From NCBI GenBank assembly GCA_977016875.1, contig CDRNST010000015.1:4774001-4838000 (forward strand): a stretch of DNA of 64,000 nt. Reading direction: 5' to 3'. This document shows, in pieces, positions 25,108 to 40,000 of this stretch. The translations under genes and the position numbers were made by a program. Position 1 is the stretch's first letter. Each line of letters starts with the position of its first letter. This stretch comes from Pavona decussata. Taxonomy: Eukaryota. The notes below the pieces were generated by a model, which had not been told where the DNA came from, made no database searches, and saw only the letters and a list, made by a program, of their open reading frames with translations.

Positions 25108-27836
25108 CAAATTAACGGGTCAGAACGGGAGCAGGTGGCTTGTCAGGATACATTATTGGTCTAATATTTAAATTCATAAATGCACAGAAAGATGCTTTAT
25201 TATTTGATTTGGCTTATTCATGTTTTTTCTCAGTTTGAGACGCCGTAAAATTTCTAGTAAACACTGGCGCCTATTTATTTTCAGGCCTCAAGAAGGGGAC
25301 TTAGCTTATCTCAAACCGTGAGATTTGGACAAAAACCTTAAATGAGCATTTCCAAAATGATATCACACATCTGACTGAAACATAGCACTAATGGCTTGTG
25401 TATCGCGAATACAAAGCCTCATTTTGCATAACCTGAAGTAAACAGTGTATACTCTTCCAAACAAGTAAAGTAGCCCATTAGCGTGAGCTAAATGCCTTAT
25501 TTTTTGCAGGAGGTGGAGTCCTAATAATATGTGAACTCCTAAATTAAATACACAGAGAGATCCTTTATTATTGGTAAATGGTTTATGTTTTTTCTTTTTT
25601 TTTTTAAGATAACGAATCCTCTTTTCTCTCCCGTCAGTTTGAAATACATAACGAGAATTCAGATAGACAAATCTGCATATGATAGACAAATATGCATATC
25701 ACGTACTTTGCCATTTGTCATGTAACGTACTACGCTAGTTTTCACGTCTGACTAAATACTTATTCTCATTTTGTTTTTCTTAGACGACTGTCGCCAACTT
25801 GAATTTAAGCCTGCACACACATTAGATGGTAAACGACTTCATGGCCACGTGATTCGCGCCGATGACGTCATGGATGACGGTTTCTGTGAAACATTTTGCT
25901 ACATGGAGCCCAACTGCGTTAGTTACAACTTGAAAAAAACGATGCGCGTAAATGGCAAATTTGGGTGCGAGCTGAGTAATTCAACCTTTGAAGGAAAAAT
26001 GAAGAAGCTGGAGCCAAATCCAGACTATATTTACCGCGGAGCAAAGGTATAAATGAGTACGGGTAATGAAATTAAAATTGGTAAAATGTTTGATGAGAGA
26101 ACGTGTGGAGGTTGAAAAAAAAAAAGAAACATCACAATAAAAGACAGGAACTCAAAGGGGTGGTTCACACGAGCAGCGCAAACGCAAGCAAACACGCGTG
26201 TAAACTACCACAACGCAAATAGAAACGCAGGCTTAAGCGCCAACGCAAGACTGAAATAGAAAAGTTATCGTTTACTTGAGCCTACATTGGCGCTTGCGTT
26301 TGCATTTCCCAAGTGTGAACTGGGGCAACGCAAATGCAAGGGCAAACGCAAGATAAAAATAGTCGTTCCATGTCTGTACGGCGGCTAACGTTCGAACCAA
26401 GATGGCCTCCTCCTTCACCATCTTTAATCTCGTTCCCAGAGTCCTCGTTTCCTGACTGCTGGTCTACGGTAACGCGGATTCTGGAAACGAGATTGCCGCC
26501 ATCTTTGGATACTGCAATGCGCGTGCGCATCTTATTCTGCTTGCGTTTGCATTCGACGTGTGAACGTCGCTTGCGCTTGCGTTTGCGTCGTACGGGTGAA
26601 CCAGCCTAAAGCGATGAAGGAACTCATAGATAACCTCAATCTCAAATGTCGAGATTTCCTTTGAAATCATACAAATCATGTTGAAATCGAATAGGTGTAT
26701 CTTTTGCCTATCAGTATTATCAGCATTCTGTAATAATATTTGCAGTATAACGGGTACCTGTGCGAAACTACAATAACAATAGTGGTTCCCAAGTGCAATC
26801 TTGAAACCTATGAAAAGCCTGCTTTTTCAGTCATTGCACCCACACTTTGGAATAATCTACCGGTTGATATAAGAACTACAGCTTACTTAAGTTCTTTTAT
26901 AACCAGAGTTAAGACATTTTTATTAAGTTGCTGTTTTAAAATGTTTCTTATTTTCGATGTGTTTTTAAATTAAGTAAGTAAGTATTATACTATCTTAGTA
27001 GTTTTGTTAAGCGCCATTGGTTGAATAGTAGAAATAACGCTATTGAAATAAACATTATTAATATTATTGTGGTTATTTTCAATCCATAACGCGAGGTCCG
27101 TAACATTACTCCCACACATGCGCACTGGCTACTAATCAATGATAAATAACTATAATTTCTAATGACACACAAGACGTGTTCAGACCAGTGATCTAATTGG
27201 AAACTAGGATTATGATTTATTAGCGAGTTTTGAGATATTGAGTAATTATCATGTGTGTTATTGTTCATTTAATATTTGCCGGTCTGTTTGTCTTAGAATG
27301 CATGTTTGAAGACGTCTTGCAAGAACAATGCAACCTGTCAAACCGGTTTTACAGAAAAAGGATACCGCTGTTTGTGCACCACTGGATTCATGGGTTCTCT
27401 CTGTGAGACTGGTATGACGAGTTTCTTAGCTGACAATACTGATTATCCTCTTTATTTAAAATACTTTGCTTCGACCACAAGCACGCGCACGCTATGTTAC
27501 ATCGATGAAAAGTATTAGTTTTTGTGTATTTTTTGCCATGAATAGTAGGCTGAGTATCAGGCTTTTCGGGGAGGGGGAAGGGACGGAGAAGAGATAAAGG
27601 GGAAAGAACATATTCGCGACCTTCTTAATTCGTATATAACGATTCTCTTCTCCTCCTTCCCCCCCACCTTCCTCTCCACTCCCCTTCTCCTTAGTAAGGC
27701 CTGATACTCAGGTTACATGCATGAATAGTTGAGATCGAACTTACCCTAGAAGATCCTTACAATTTTTTTATGAATTTTATTCAGCGTGATAAGAACACAT
27801 TACAGTCACATACAAACTGGCACATACTTGCTATTT

Positions 27837-28285
27837 GATCAAACTATTTACATGTACTATAATAAACAGTCGTATGGTAAACTGGCTTGATACTGTATGG
27901 TTACAATCCTGCAGACAGAAAAGCCACATATTCAACTTTATTCTCCTTGGCAAACGACGTATTTTTCAAAATCGGTTTGAGCAAAAAAAAATCCCAACCG
28001 TGTTCATATTTTTTTTATTTGTCAAGAACAAGACCACTGTGTAAAGAAACATACTAATCGATTAAACTATTTACATGTCTTACAATTAACAGTCGTATAG
28101 TAAACTTTATACTGTATTGTTACAATCCTGCAGACAAAAGAGCCACACGTTCAACTACTTCATTCTCTTTGAAAAACGACGGATATTTCAAACTCGGTTT
28201 AAGCAAAAAAAAAAAACCCTAACCCTTTTGTTCAGTTTTTTTTATTTTGTCAACAACAAGACCATTGTGTAAAGAAACGTACTAA
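27837..28285. repeat. ~225-bp diverged tandem duplication in intron 3 of B (and C, +11499)
   Basis: Units start GATCAAACTATTTACATG (27837) and GATTAAACTATTTACATG (28060); single copy in A (~14190-14420). Confidence 0.85.
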
Positions 28286-29166
28286 ACTTCCAAGGGTCAA
28301 ATAAACAAGTTCCGTTTCGTATGGAAACCTCTTCTCTGTTTATTATAAATTTTAGATATCAACGAGTGCAAAACTGGAACACACAAATGCAGTGCCGTAG
28401 CTGTGTGCAAGAATACTAACGGATCATACAACTGTACGTGTGAGCCGGGATATTACGGAAATGGAAGAGATTGTGAACCAGGTGACGTTTTGGTTTGCTT
28501 TTGTTTAACGTTTTCCTTTCCTTGAGGAGGAATCTGCCCACAGTTATTTCTTTTCTCATATAAGACAATGTTAATAGAAGTCAAATGCATGTTTTATTTC
28601 GTTTTCTTTTTCTAATTTTGGTAAAGAATCAAGAAGATTATACATGACAATGATGCTCATTGCGATAGCAAGGAAACAAATTTATTTTAGTTGAGGACCT
28701 GGCTAGGCCCAGGTATCTGTCACATTTGCTATTGTCTTTGTAGCTTTTCCTCTTCTTTTGCCCTTACAGCCGGCCTCTGGGGTCGACAGCTAAATCAATT
28801 ACTTGGCACGTCTGCTCACCCTCGTTCGCAGCCAGAAAACCAGGCCTTCCTTGCTCCAATCTCATTTTAGCCTAACTTTTTCCTTAATTGTTAGCAGGGA
28901 CATTTTCTTTTCAAGGCTTTTATCAAACCCAGTTTAAACTGCGCATCATTACTTTAAACTGAAGTGACAGTTATGGACGTGTTGTGCGTTCTATTTTTGT
29001 TTGTTTGTTTGTTGTTCTTCTCTTTCATTTTCGTGCTGTGATGCAGTGTCGACGTGCAAGGCTATTTATAACAAAAATACGTAAGTATAAAGAATTGCGA
29101 AACTCAAGGATGAACCTTACCTATTTACATTTTTGTTTTCTTTGCTCTATTTTTGTTATTTGTTTT

Positions 29167-29169
<3 letters not shown>

Positions 29170-29223
<54 letters not shown>
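29170..29223. repeat. (TTA)n microsatellite; 24 nt longer in the second copy (~40669-40746)
   Basis: Direct read; explains the offset change from 11499 to 11523. Confidence 0.95.
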
Positions 29224-29224
<1 letters not shown>

Positions 29225-29879
29225 GACAGAGACATAGAAAAAGAAAGACATCTTTAAGTTCAACACGATGATTCGTCAATTGCCAGCAAATTATTTTCCA
29301 ATACAAGAAAGCCGTGTACAAATCCTAAAAATTCATACAGTAAGTAATAATTCAAACATTTTGCCAAGTCATCTTAACAACGATGTAATCCTGTTAAAAG
29401 GTTGTATAGGACAGAGTAAGTTAAAATTTCACCTGCGTGACCTCAAGGTTATTCTAGTTGTAATTCGGGCTCGCCTGGATTAGCACTCGCTACATGCGAG
29501 GCAGTCTACTTCCTTGTTTTTCTTGGTTGGATTTTTTAATCAACTTGAATAAACTTCCAAAAGTAGACGTATCTCTGTTTTTCATAAATTTATTTATTGG
29601 TTTGTCTACATATTTGTGCATATATTTGTTTATTTATTTATACATAGTTATTAATTTAAATGTATTACAGGACTCATTATAGTCTACCACTTGGGGAAGT
29701 AACTTGAAGAAACATAATTTAGTTATCATGGGTAATTTAACAAAGGATACTGCTAAGTGCCAGAATCACGAGGCTACATAATTTCTCTGACCAAGCAAGC
29801 GAAAAGCCAAGAAGGTATTCGGCTTGTATCATCACACAAGAAACTGATACGTTTCTTCCAAGTCCAGAAGTTAAGAAAT

Positions 29880-30562
29880 TAAAAACTCAAATTGAAAGGG
29901 TTCAAAGGAGGGCCACAAGGTGGATCCTCAAACAACGTGTAGGCGTGATGTCATACAGAGACAGACTTTTAACTTTGAAACTTCTTCCTCTGACATTTGA
30001 CCGCGAACTCAAAGATCTTGTTTTTTTTTACAAATGTCGGAAAGGTTTTACTGATCTTAATGTTTATGATTTTGTTTCTCCTGTTTCTCACGACCGAACC
30101 AGACTAAGTAATCCTTATAACCTTAAAACTCCTGTATGTAAAACTAGCACTTTTCAGGCCTCTTACTTTAATCGTATTGTTAAGCTCTGGAACTATATCT
30201 GTAAATTATCACCCCCTACCAGTTTTTCAACTACTGCTTCCTTCCGCAACTTTGTTACTGAGCACATGTTTCACCTTTTGCAAAATCACTTCGACATATT
30301 CTATCCCTGTACCTGGTCAATTGTACGATCCTGCTCCTGCCATCCCTAGTTTTTTAGCGTCTTTTGGTTGTTTGTGTTTTAATTATTATTTGTATCATGG
30401 GAGGTGCCTCGCATGGGTCCTCGCGTCCCGTTCGCACCTGCCCTTTTGACCTTATCACTTTTCACGTATTTTTCATTTCTTTCTGGTTGTTTAATTTATT
30501 GTATTTAACATGTGTGATGGTCAATAAAGCTGTTAAAAAATTAAAAAAAATTAAAAAAAAAA
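29880..30562 (+). mobile_element. 5'-truncated LINE (CR1/Jockey-like ORF2 end, 3' UTR, A-rich tail)
   Basis: IERVQRRATRWIL..MSYRDRL..L.LLPL..RE.KDL.FFYK..SYFNRIV.LWN; AATAAA then an A-rich tail. Confidence 0.85.
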
Positions 30563-32279
30563 TTGTTTCTACAAAAGCATTTGTCCTATGCTAGTGACGA
30601 AACGATGGAAGAGGTTAAGCTCTCATTACATTGACGAGAGAACATATGAGAGTTATTTCCAACACTTGAGTTCCTTGACACAAGACGGGAGAAGAATATA
30701 GTGAAACAGAGAAATGCGCACGAGAGAATTTGAAAAGGCAGTCAAGGCCTTGACGAGGAAGCAGCTTAAACTGTATTTGCAACAACAAGGTTTCGAAGTC
30801 AGCGGAAGTAAACAAGAACTAGCTGTAAGGCCGGTTTTGAGTTTCGAGCCACAGGCGTGTTGGGACGAAGTCTGAGGTCGAGAGTACTCCTCAAGAGAAT
30901 GTTAGCACGCCTTTATCTTTGGATAAAAGCGATTCCTAGCAAAAATTGAGTGATTAATATTCAATAGCCAGTGAATCATCAAGTGCTTCTGAATCAGAAG
31001 AATCTAAATATTATTTGAGAGTGGCTTCGAGGTATTGTTTGTTTCCGTTGAAAATGTCAGGCAAGGTAACTGTTTAAACAACACAAGGACCTGTTAGTAA
31101 ATTAGGAAGTACTCTCAATACTAAAGTAAGAAGCTTAACAACACACAAGGAGTTAGGTTGGTGAGGGAGGGGAGTTGTTATTTGGCATGCAATGGGGTTC
31201 ATATTGAATTTTTCGTCTACATCTTTCCCATTTCCCAACCCCCTCCTCCCCTCCCACTCCTGCTAATTGTTTCCCAGTGCCTAAACAGGAAGACAGGACA
31301 AACTCCATTCAGTATCGAATAGAATGCTGACAGATATTTAAGAAAAGATCGTCATTTAATATAAAAGTATTGTTAGGTACTTTAGTAGAAAGGAATAAAA
31401 AATAATAATAAATAAATCTATCGATCAGTAAATTAAAGTTTTGTCTTTCAAAAAGAGCGAAATCGCAACACATAAAATCTTTACTGGCTATGTTATTCTG
31501 AACTCCACCAAGACACGTGTATGTAGTTTTATTTATACAATGAACTGTGTAAAACTCGCGTTTTGATTGGTCTAGAGGAGTATGTGATTAGAGTATAGAC
31601 GCACGATTGAAGTCATCGAGTGGTGTGACCGGCGCACGTGATCATAGTCTAGAGTCCAGCCAGAGTGACTGGTCAACAAAGTTTTGCAAACTGTTTTGGC
31701 GAGTAGCGGACAAACACAGGCAAATTTTCGCAGGAAAGGAAAACTGCCCAATAAAAAACCAGGAATAAAAAAGCTAGAACTTTGTTGTGACGTGAAAAGG
31801 AAGCAAATATTTGTCGAAATATGTCGCCGATAGAAATCCGGCAATGGCGAGTAATCGATTACAAATCGCAATGAAGCGACTAACATGCTGTAATATTTTG
31901 GGGTCAGGATTTCCTTCTGGAATAAAGGTTAGTTTTGAAAATATTGTTAGTGAAATCCTTTCGGATTATACTCTTTAGAAGATCACAATTGCATGTGTGT
32001 TGTAGTCTAAAACTGAGTTTGCTGGAAAGATTTTGACTCAGCTCAGGCAACGCGATGCTCGCTCACGAAATGAGTTAAAATGTCTTGGTTATTGTATAAA
32101 ACAAATAGATTCCATTTTGCCGAGGGTCTGTACTCTGATAACGCACAGAGGACGCCACCCACGGCAAAATGGAATCTATTTGTTAAATAACTAGTATCTT
32201 TATGTAAGAAATAAAATTGGTGATGGGACTGACGTGAGTGGTAAGAGTGTTGAAAGAAAAGAGAATAACTAGGAATATT

Positions 32280-32318
<39 letters not shown>

Positions 32319-34019
32319 TTTTTTAAGCAAAGTACTTGCCCAACGCAAGAAAATTCACTTTTGACACTTTTTTGGTGAGCGATTCTTCCTAACTCCACTG
32401 TCCTACTCCGCAATGCACTCAAATTAATTGTCCATCTAAATTCCTTTCTCACGGAAACGAACTTAAGACCGAGCCGTGAATTCGCTTTTTGGGTGTCTAC
32501 GATGTTACTTTTGTTTCTTAATCGATAATGAAGACTAGTCCACCTAAGGGACTTTCCTCTATCAACATAAGACCCGCAGCTCAACTAATTGCTTTCTTTT
32601 TGCTCGTGTTGTTTCAGACATTTTGCTCGTTGTTGCACATTTTACATTTGGGTGGCTAAATTCCCCACCTCCCACCCCCTCCCTTATCCCCGAATTTTGG
32701 ATAAACTGGCAACCTGGTATTTTTTATGTTTTACTGATTCAACATGATCACCTAGAGTTAACCACTAGGTGGTTTGTCAGAAACGTTTTATTTTCTATCG
32801 GAATTACATGCATTTTATTTCTGGCCCCCATTTCAGCTTGCTTTTTCCTTGATATCTCTTGTGGGATAGGCTTAGGAATTTTGATGCATGATAAGGAAAC
32901 TGCATTTGACATTGTTGTTGCTATTATGGTAAATACAAAAAGCCACCTGCTAAGATGTTAGATTCAGTGCTTCCGCTAACGGTTTCTTTTCAAGGACGTC
33001 TTTTTCTTTTTCCTTTCCTTCTACGGAAAAGTCATGAAGTCGTAATAAGTCCCCAGTGTTTCTTGACCTTTGACTGCCTTCGCCCTTATTTAGGCACCTG
33101 GCGCCCGTTTCTCGAAAGTCCCGGTAACTTACCAGGCCTTATAAGTATATTTTTAAATGTATTTTCGCCGATTAGACAGAGATTACAGACATACATGTGT
33201 GGTACTTGGCCAATGTTGTTACACAATTATAAGACGTTAAAATTTAGTATTCAAAGTGAACAAAAACTGACTTCCGTTAAGAAACATTTATCAACAAAGA
33301 CACTTATCGGGCCCGGTAAGTTAGCAGGACTTTCGAGAAACGGGCCCCAGAGGGGAGGGAAATTGTAGACAAGAGACAACCATCTTTGTATATATTAGCA
33401 GTTTTCCATGCATAAAAGTTCCCAAAAACCTTTATTAATTACCCTTGACAAGTGTTTATAACAAGAGGTGCTAACGCGGCCAGGCATTCAGATATCAAAA
33501 AAATATAATTTAACTTGAAAATAACATGGTTAAAAATTTTTAGTTGCGGAAGCGTTCCAGTTGGCTATAACAGGCACGGTTGAGGAGTTGAACTCAGGTC
33601 AACAATGAAACATGTACATTCTATTCATAATTGTTGTCGGCAGGTTGACAGACCGTTGTAGACATGCCCAGGATTTAATGGCAATCATCTCAATAGCATT
33701 TTTAAGCGACGAAGCAAATTTTAGTAGTGAGTGATAGCAAAATGCAAATTCTTCGTTGGAGGTTGTTTTGACAAGGGATAGTCTGTACGGTTTGAATCGT
33801 GCATTGTTATTCCAGCAGTGCATTATTGGAGCATGAAGACCTGGCACTTTACAAAAATAGGTCGACTGAGCTCACCTGTCAGTCAATAGCAGTTTGGTTT
33901 GTTTATCAATATATGACACTCTTGTGATTGGCTAACACCTGACGTGTAAAGAGCCACAGCACCAAGGTGTGAAGCTTTTCATCAAGGTCGCAGTTCCTTC
34001 GAATTCTCTTACGCCAACT

Positions 34020-37000
34020 ATGCTGCGTGAAACCTTTGCTACTAAGGTTTATACTTTCATGTTTTGGACCTCATTAGCGTTTTTTCCCTCATCGCATGGG
34101 CAATTCTGTACTTCAAAAGGTCTGTACGATTTATTACGTAAGATAAAGGTCATTCAAGTCGCACTACGAGCCTAAATTGCCCGTTCAGCCGGAGCTTAAC
34201 CAAATTTCTAAACCATGAAGCAACTGGGAGTATTGCTATTCTACCCTGAATGAGATGTAAAGCCCCCCACCAGTATGTAGCAGGTACCCATTAATATAAC
34301 TGGGTAAATAGAGACAATGTGAAACAATTGCAAAGGTTTGTGTCAAGGAACAACACAGCAATGAAGCGACCAACCTAACCTCAAATCACTGACCATTCGA
34401 TCTTCCGAAGGTCCTATCGATAGTCCGACACTTTTTTTTATAAAAACCATTTAACCACCGCGCCTCCACGCGTTTAATTAGTTGAGGGTTTAGTATTTTA
34501 TTTTGTTAAATTCGACAATAACGTTGATCTAAAGAACATCTTACGGTGGCGCCAAGGCATTTGCGACCCTATGAGAAAAGATAATCGTACATCGCCAACT
34601 AGCGATATCTTGATCAGGCTCTTCTCCTGTATTTTCGTTTTAATAGTTCCTTAAAGATACAAGATATGTAATTATATTCAAAGAAAAAATTCAATCTTTC
34701 GGCGATTGTAAACATGATAACATGTAAAGCAGCCAAAACTGTACGTAAATAGTTGTTGGGGTCGAAAAACGTGAAAGAGCTGTTAAATACCATGAAACGG
34801 TTGTTGTTTAAGACTGGTTGAGATCAAACAAACATATTGTTCTGAACTTGATTCAGGTAACAAATTTAAGTTCAACTTTCCAAGGTTCAAATCATATTGT
34901 GGTCTATACTAAACAAGGGTCTTCATTTGGAGCAAAAATCTTGATGAGGGGACCGAGTGTTCGGCCGCTTTTGACAAGTGTACTGCTTTGTTGAACTATC
35001 CCAATAGCAAAGCGTTAATTTCAATCTCAAAGCTTTCAAACAATGTTTACGATGTCACTGAAGGTAAAAACTGCAGGAAACAGCTTGGGGAATAAATGTA
35101 CTGCGCCACTCGACAATTTTTTACCAATCGTAAGTGAGAGAAAACAACCGTTGCATTTAATAATTCACACAGATTGACCACTACAGATATATCAAGCTGG
35201 AAATGTATAATAAAAATCAATAAAAGCAAATAATTGAGTATTATTTGGTGTCATTGACCTGAATTATACCTTTCCAGTTTAATACATTTTTGCGATCATC
35301 TAAGTGAATGATTGCATATTCAAGGGTGTTCTTTCGTCAAGAGGAAACTCATTTTATGTTCCAATATTTGAAAAAGATATTTCAAGACTATTTGGACTCG
35401 GCTCCTTTTTCCTAAAAACTGAACAAAATGAGTGTAATCCTTAAAATATCTTTTCTTTTTACGTGCATAACTCAGAATCAGGAACAGAAAGAGCAGACAC
35501 TATTCTTATACTCCCGTAAATATTTCGCTCTTTTAGTCTCTTTGGGAAAAGTCTCCCATAGCACCACTAGTACTGTACCACTAAGACTATTAGATCAAGG
35601 CTTTGGTAGCGGTTGATTAGTTTCAGAATTTCTTTAATGGTAATATTTATTATAGTCTCTAATTCTTATGAAACTTATGAAGGAATTACTCAAATTCAGG
35701 GCGAATTGTTTATTCAAGATTTTATAAATTAGGACTAATTTCAGTTGTTTGCGTTTGGCATCAACGGAGGGCTTTTCAACCTAAATTGGCAAGAATGTCA
35801 GTTGATCGAATGTCGTATTTCGCTTTAGTTATCGCTCTGGCGGTTTGAGATTGTATGCGTTGCAGTTTATCCTTTAGCGTACGTTTTTAACGCAGGTGGT
35901 TGGGCTAATGATTATATATTACTTCCAGCGACTGGTTGGGAAAAAACGTCCTAACACGTTTTATGAACGTGGTACGACCGCTCGCCTTTTTACATTTATT
36001 GCTTATATGCTTTTCAAAAGTACGTTTTTTATCGATATGAACCCCTTAGCAGGTATGCGAATCCACTCGTGATAGTTTGTTATTATCTGGTTTATTGTTG
36101 AGATTATAGGCCGACATAGATTTGAAAAATTGAACAACTCGCTTACTAGTAGTTAATGGATCACAAAACTACAGAAGATTGGCAATACAGTTTATTTTCT
36201 GTTCTACCGATTCCTTTTCCGGTCAAGGTATTTTCTTTTTTGTTTTTGAATCAACTGAAATAAACAAGGTAAACAAACGCTCAAACAAAGCCGTGTATAT
36301 GCTTTTCAAAAGTACGTTTTTCATCAATATGAACCCCTTAGCAAGTATGCGAATCCACTCGTAATAGTTTGTTATTATCTGTAAGAGTATCATGCAACTG
36401 ACGCAAGGTTTAATTGTTCAGATTATAAACCGACATAGATTTGAAAATTTGATGAACTCTCATACTAGTAGTTATTGGACCACAAAACTGTAGGAGATTG
36501 GCAATACAGTTTATTTTCTGTTCTACTAATTCCTTTTCCGGTCACGATCTTTTTGTTTTTGTATAAACTGAAATAAACATGGTATACAAACTCTCAAACA
36601 AAGCCGCAAATTAACGGGTCAGAACGGGAGCAGGTGGCTTGTCAGGATACATTATTGGTCTAATATTTAAATTCATAAATGCACAGAAAGATGCTTTATT
36701 ATTTGATTTGGCTTATTCATGTTTTTTCTCAGTTTGAGACGCCGTAAAATTTCTAGTAAACACTGGCGCCTATTTATTTTCAGGCCTCAAGAAGGGGACT
36801 TAGCTTATCTCAAACCGTGAGATTTGGACAAAAACCTTAAATGAGCATTTCCAAAATGATATCACACATCTGACTGAAACATAGCACTAATGGCTTGTGT
36901 ATCGCGAATACAAAGCCTCATTTTGCATAACCTGAAGTAAACAGTGTATACTCTTCCAAACAAGTAAAGTAGCCCATTAGCGTGAGCTAAATGCCTTATT

Positions 37001-40000
37001 TTTTGCAGGAGGTGGAGTCCTAATAATATGTGAACTCCTAAATTAAATACACAGAGAGATCCTTTATTATTGGTAAATGGTTTATGTTTTTTCTTTTTTT
37101 TTTTAAGATAACGAATCCTCTTTTCTCTCCCGTCAGTTTGAAATACATAACGAGAATTCAGATAGACAAATCTGCATATGATAGACAAATATGCATATCA
37201 CGTACTTTGCCATTTGTCATGTAACGTACTACGCTAGTTTTCACGTCTGACTAAATACTTATTCTCATTTTGTTTTTCTTAGACGACTGTCGCCAACTTG
37301 AATTTAAGCCTGCACACACATTAGATGGTAAACGACTTCATGGCCACGTGATTCGCGCCGATGACGTCATGGATGACGGTTTCTGTGAAACATTTTGCTA
37401 CATGGAGCCCAACTGCGTTAGTTACAACTTGAAAAAAACGATGCGCGTAAATGGCAAATTTGGGTGCGAGCTGAGTAATTCAACCTTTGAAGGAAAAATG
37501 AAGAAGCTGGAGCCAAATCCAGACTATATTTACCGCGGAGCAAAGGTATAAATGAGTACGGGTAATGAAATTAAAATTGGTAAAATGTTTGATGAGAGAA
37601 CGTGTGGAGGTTGAAAAAAAAAAAGAAACATCACAATAAAAGACAGGAACTCAAAGGGGTGGTTCACACGAGCAGCGCAAACGCAAGCAAACACGCGTGT
37701 AAACTACCACAACGCAAATAGAAACGCAGGCTTAAGCGCCAACGCAAGACTGAAATAGAAAAGTTATCGTTTACTTGAGCCTACATTGGCGCTTGCGTTT
37801 GCATTTCCCAAGTGTGAACTGGGGCAACGCAAATGCAAGGGCAAACGCAAGATAAAAATAGTCGTTCCATGTCTGTACGGCGGCTAACGTTCGAACCAAG
37901 ATGGCCTCCTCCTTCACCATCTTTAATCTCGTTCCCAGAGTCCTCGTTTCCTGACTGCTGGTCTACGGTAACGCGGATTCTGGAAACGAGATTGCCGCCA
38001 TCTTTGGATACTGCAATGCGCGTGCGCATCTTATTCTGCTTGCGTTTGCATTCGACGTGTGAACGTCGCTTGCGCTTGCGTTTGCGTCGTACGGGTGAAC
38101 CAGCCTAAAGCGATGAAGGAACTCATAGATAACCTCAATCTCAAATGTCGAGATTTCCTTTGAAATCATACAAATCATGTTGAAATCGAATAGGTGTATC
38201 TTTTGCCTATCAGTATTATCAGCATTCTGTAATAATATTTGCAGTATAACGGGTACCTGTGCGAAACTACAATAACAATAGTGGTTCCCAAGTGCAATCT
38301 TGAAACCTATGAAAAGCCTGCTTTTTCAGTCATTGCACCCACACTTTGGAATAATCTACCGGTTGATATAAGAACTACAGCTTACTTAAGTTCTTTTATA
38401 ACCAGAGTTAAGACATTTTTACTAAGTTGCTGTTTTAAAATGTTTCTTATTTTCGATGTGTTTTTAAATTAAGTAAGTAAGTATTATACTATCTTAGTAG
38501 TTTTGTTAAGCGCCATTGGTTGAATAGTAGAAATAACGCTATTGAAATAAACATTATTAATATTATTGTGGTTATTTTCAATCCATAACGCGAGGTCCGT
38601 AACATTACTCCCACACATGCGCACTGGCTACTAATCAATGATAAATAACTATAATTTCTAATGACACACAAGACGTGTTCAGACCAGTGATCTAATTGGA
38701 AACTAGGATTATGATTTATTAGCGAGTTTTGAGATATTGAGTAATTATCATGTGTGTTATTGTTCATTTAATATTTGCCGGTCTGTTTGTCTTAGAATGC
38801 ATGTTTGAAGACGTCTTGCAAGAACAATGCAACCTGTCAAACCGGTTTTACAGAAAAAGGATACCGCTGTTTGTGCACCACTGGATTCATGGGTTCTCTC
38901 TGTGAGACTGGTATGACGAGTTTCTTAGCTGACAATACTGATTATCCTCTTTATTTAAAATACTTTGCTTCGACCACAAGCACGCGCACGCTATGTTACA
39001 TCGATGAAAAGTATTAGTTTTTGTGTATTTTTTGCCATGAATAGTAGGCTGAGTATCAGGCTTTTCGGGGAGGGGGAAGGGACGGAGAAGAGATAAAGGG
39101 GAAAGAACATATTCGCGACCTTCTTAATTCGTATATAACGATTCTCTTCTCCTCCTTCCCCCCCACCTTCCTCTCCACTCCCCTTCTCCTTAGTAAGGCC
39201 TGATACTCAGGTTACATGCATGAATAGTTGAGATCGAACTTACCCTAGAAGATCCTTACAATTTTTTTATGAATTTTATTCAGCGTGATAAGAACACATT
39301 ACAGTCACATACAAACTGGCACATACTTGCTATTTGATCAAACTATTTACATGTACTATAATAAACAGTCGTATGGTAAACTGGCTTGATACTGTATGGT
39401 TACAATCCTGCAGACAGAAAAGCCACATATTCAACTTTATTCTCCTTGGCAAACGACGTATTTTTCAAAATCGGTTTGAGCAAAAAAAAATCCCAACCGT
39501 GTTCATATTTTTTTTATTTGTCAAGAACAAGACCACTGTGTAAAGAAACATACTAATCGATTAAACTATTTACATGTCTTACAATTAACAGTCGTATAGT
39601 AAACTTTATACTGTATTGTTACAATCCTGCAGACAAAAGAGCCACACGTTCAACTACTTCATTCTCTTTGAAAAACGACGGATATTTCAAACTCGGTTTA
39701 AGCAAAAAAAAAAAACCCTAACCCTTTTGTTCAGTTTTTTTTATTTTGTCAACAACAAGACCATTGTGTAAAGAAACGTACTAAACTTCCAAGGGTCAAA
39801 TAAACAAGTTCCGTTTCGTATGGAAACCTCTTCTCTGTTTATTATAAATTTTAGATATCAACGAGTGCAAAACTGGAACACACAAATGCAGTGCCGTAGC
39901 TGTGTGCAAGAATACTAACGGATCATACAACTGTACGTGTGAGCCGGGATATTACGGAAATGGAAGAGATTGTGAACCAGGTGACGTTTTGGTTTGCTTT

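Larger units (their letters stand above)
22521..29084 (+). pseudogene. Gene B: 3'-truncated copy of gene C (signal, PAN, EGF, cbEGF, micro-exon only); exons 22521-22620, 25784-26046, 27297-27411, 28356-28481, 29047-29080(+GTAA read-through stop); pseudogene or 213-aa truncated product
   Basis: Exons read identical to gene C at offset 11499. The last two exons are missing because the duplicated unit ends at 31403, about 60 nt before the position of the next acceptor. Confidence 0.75.
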
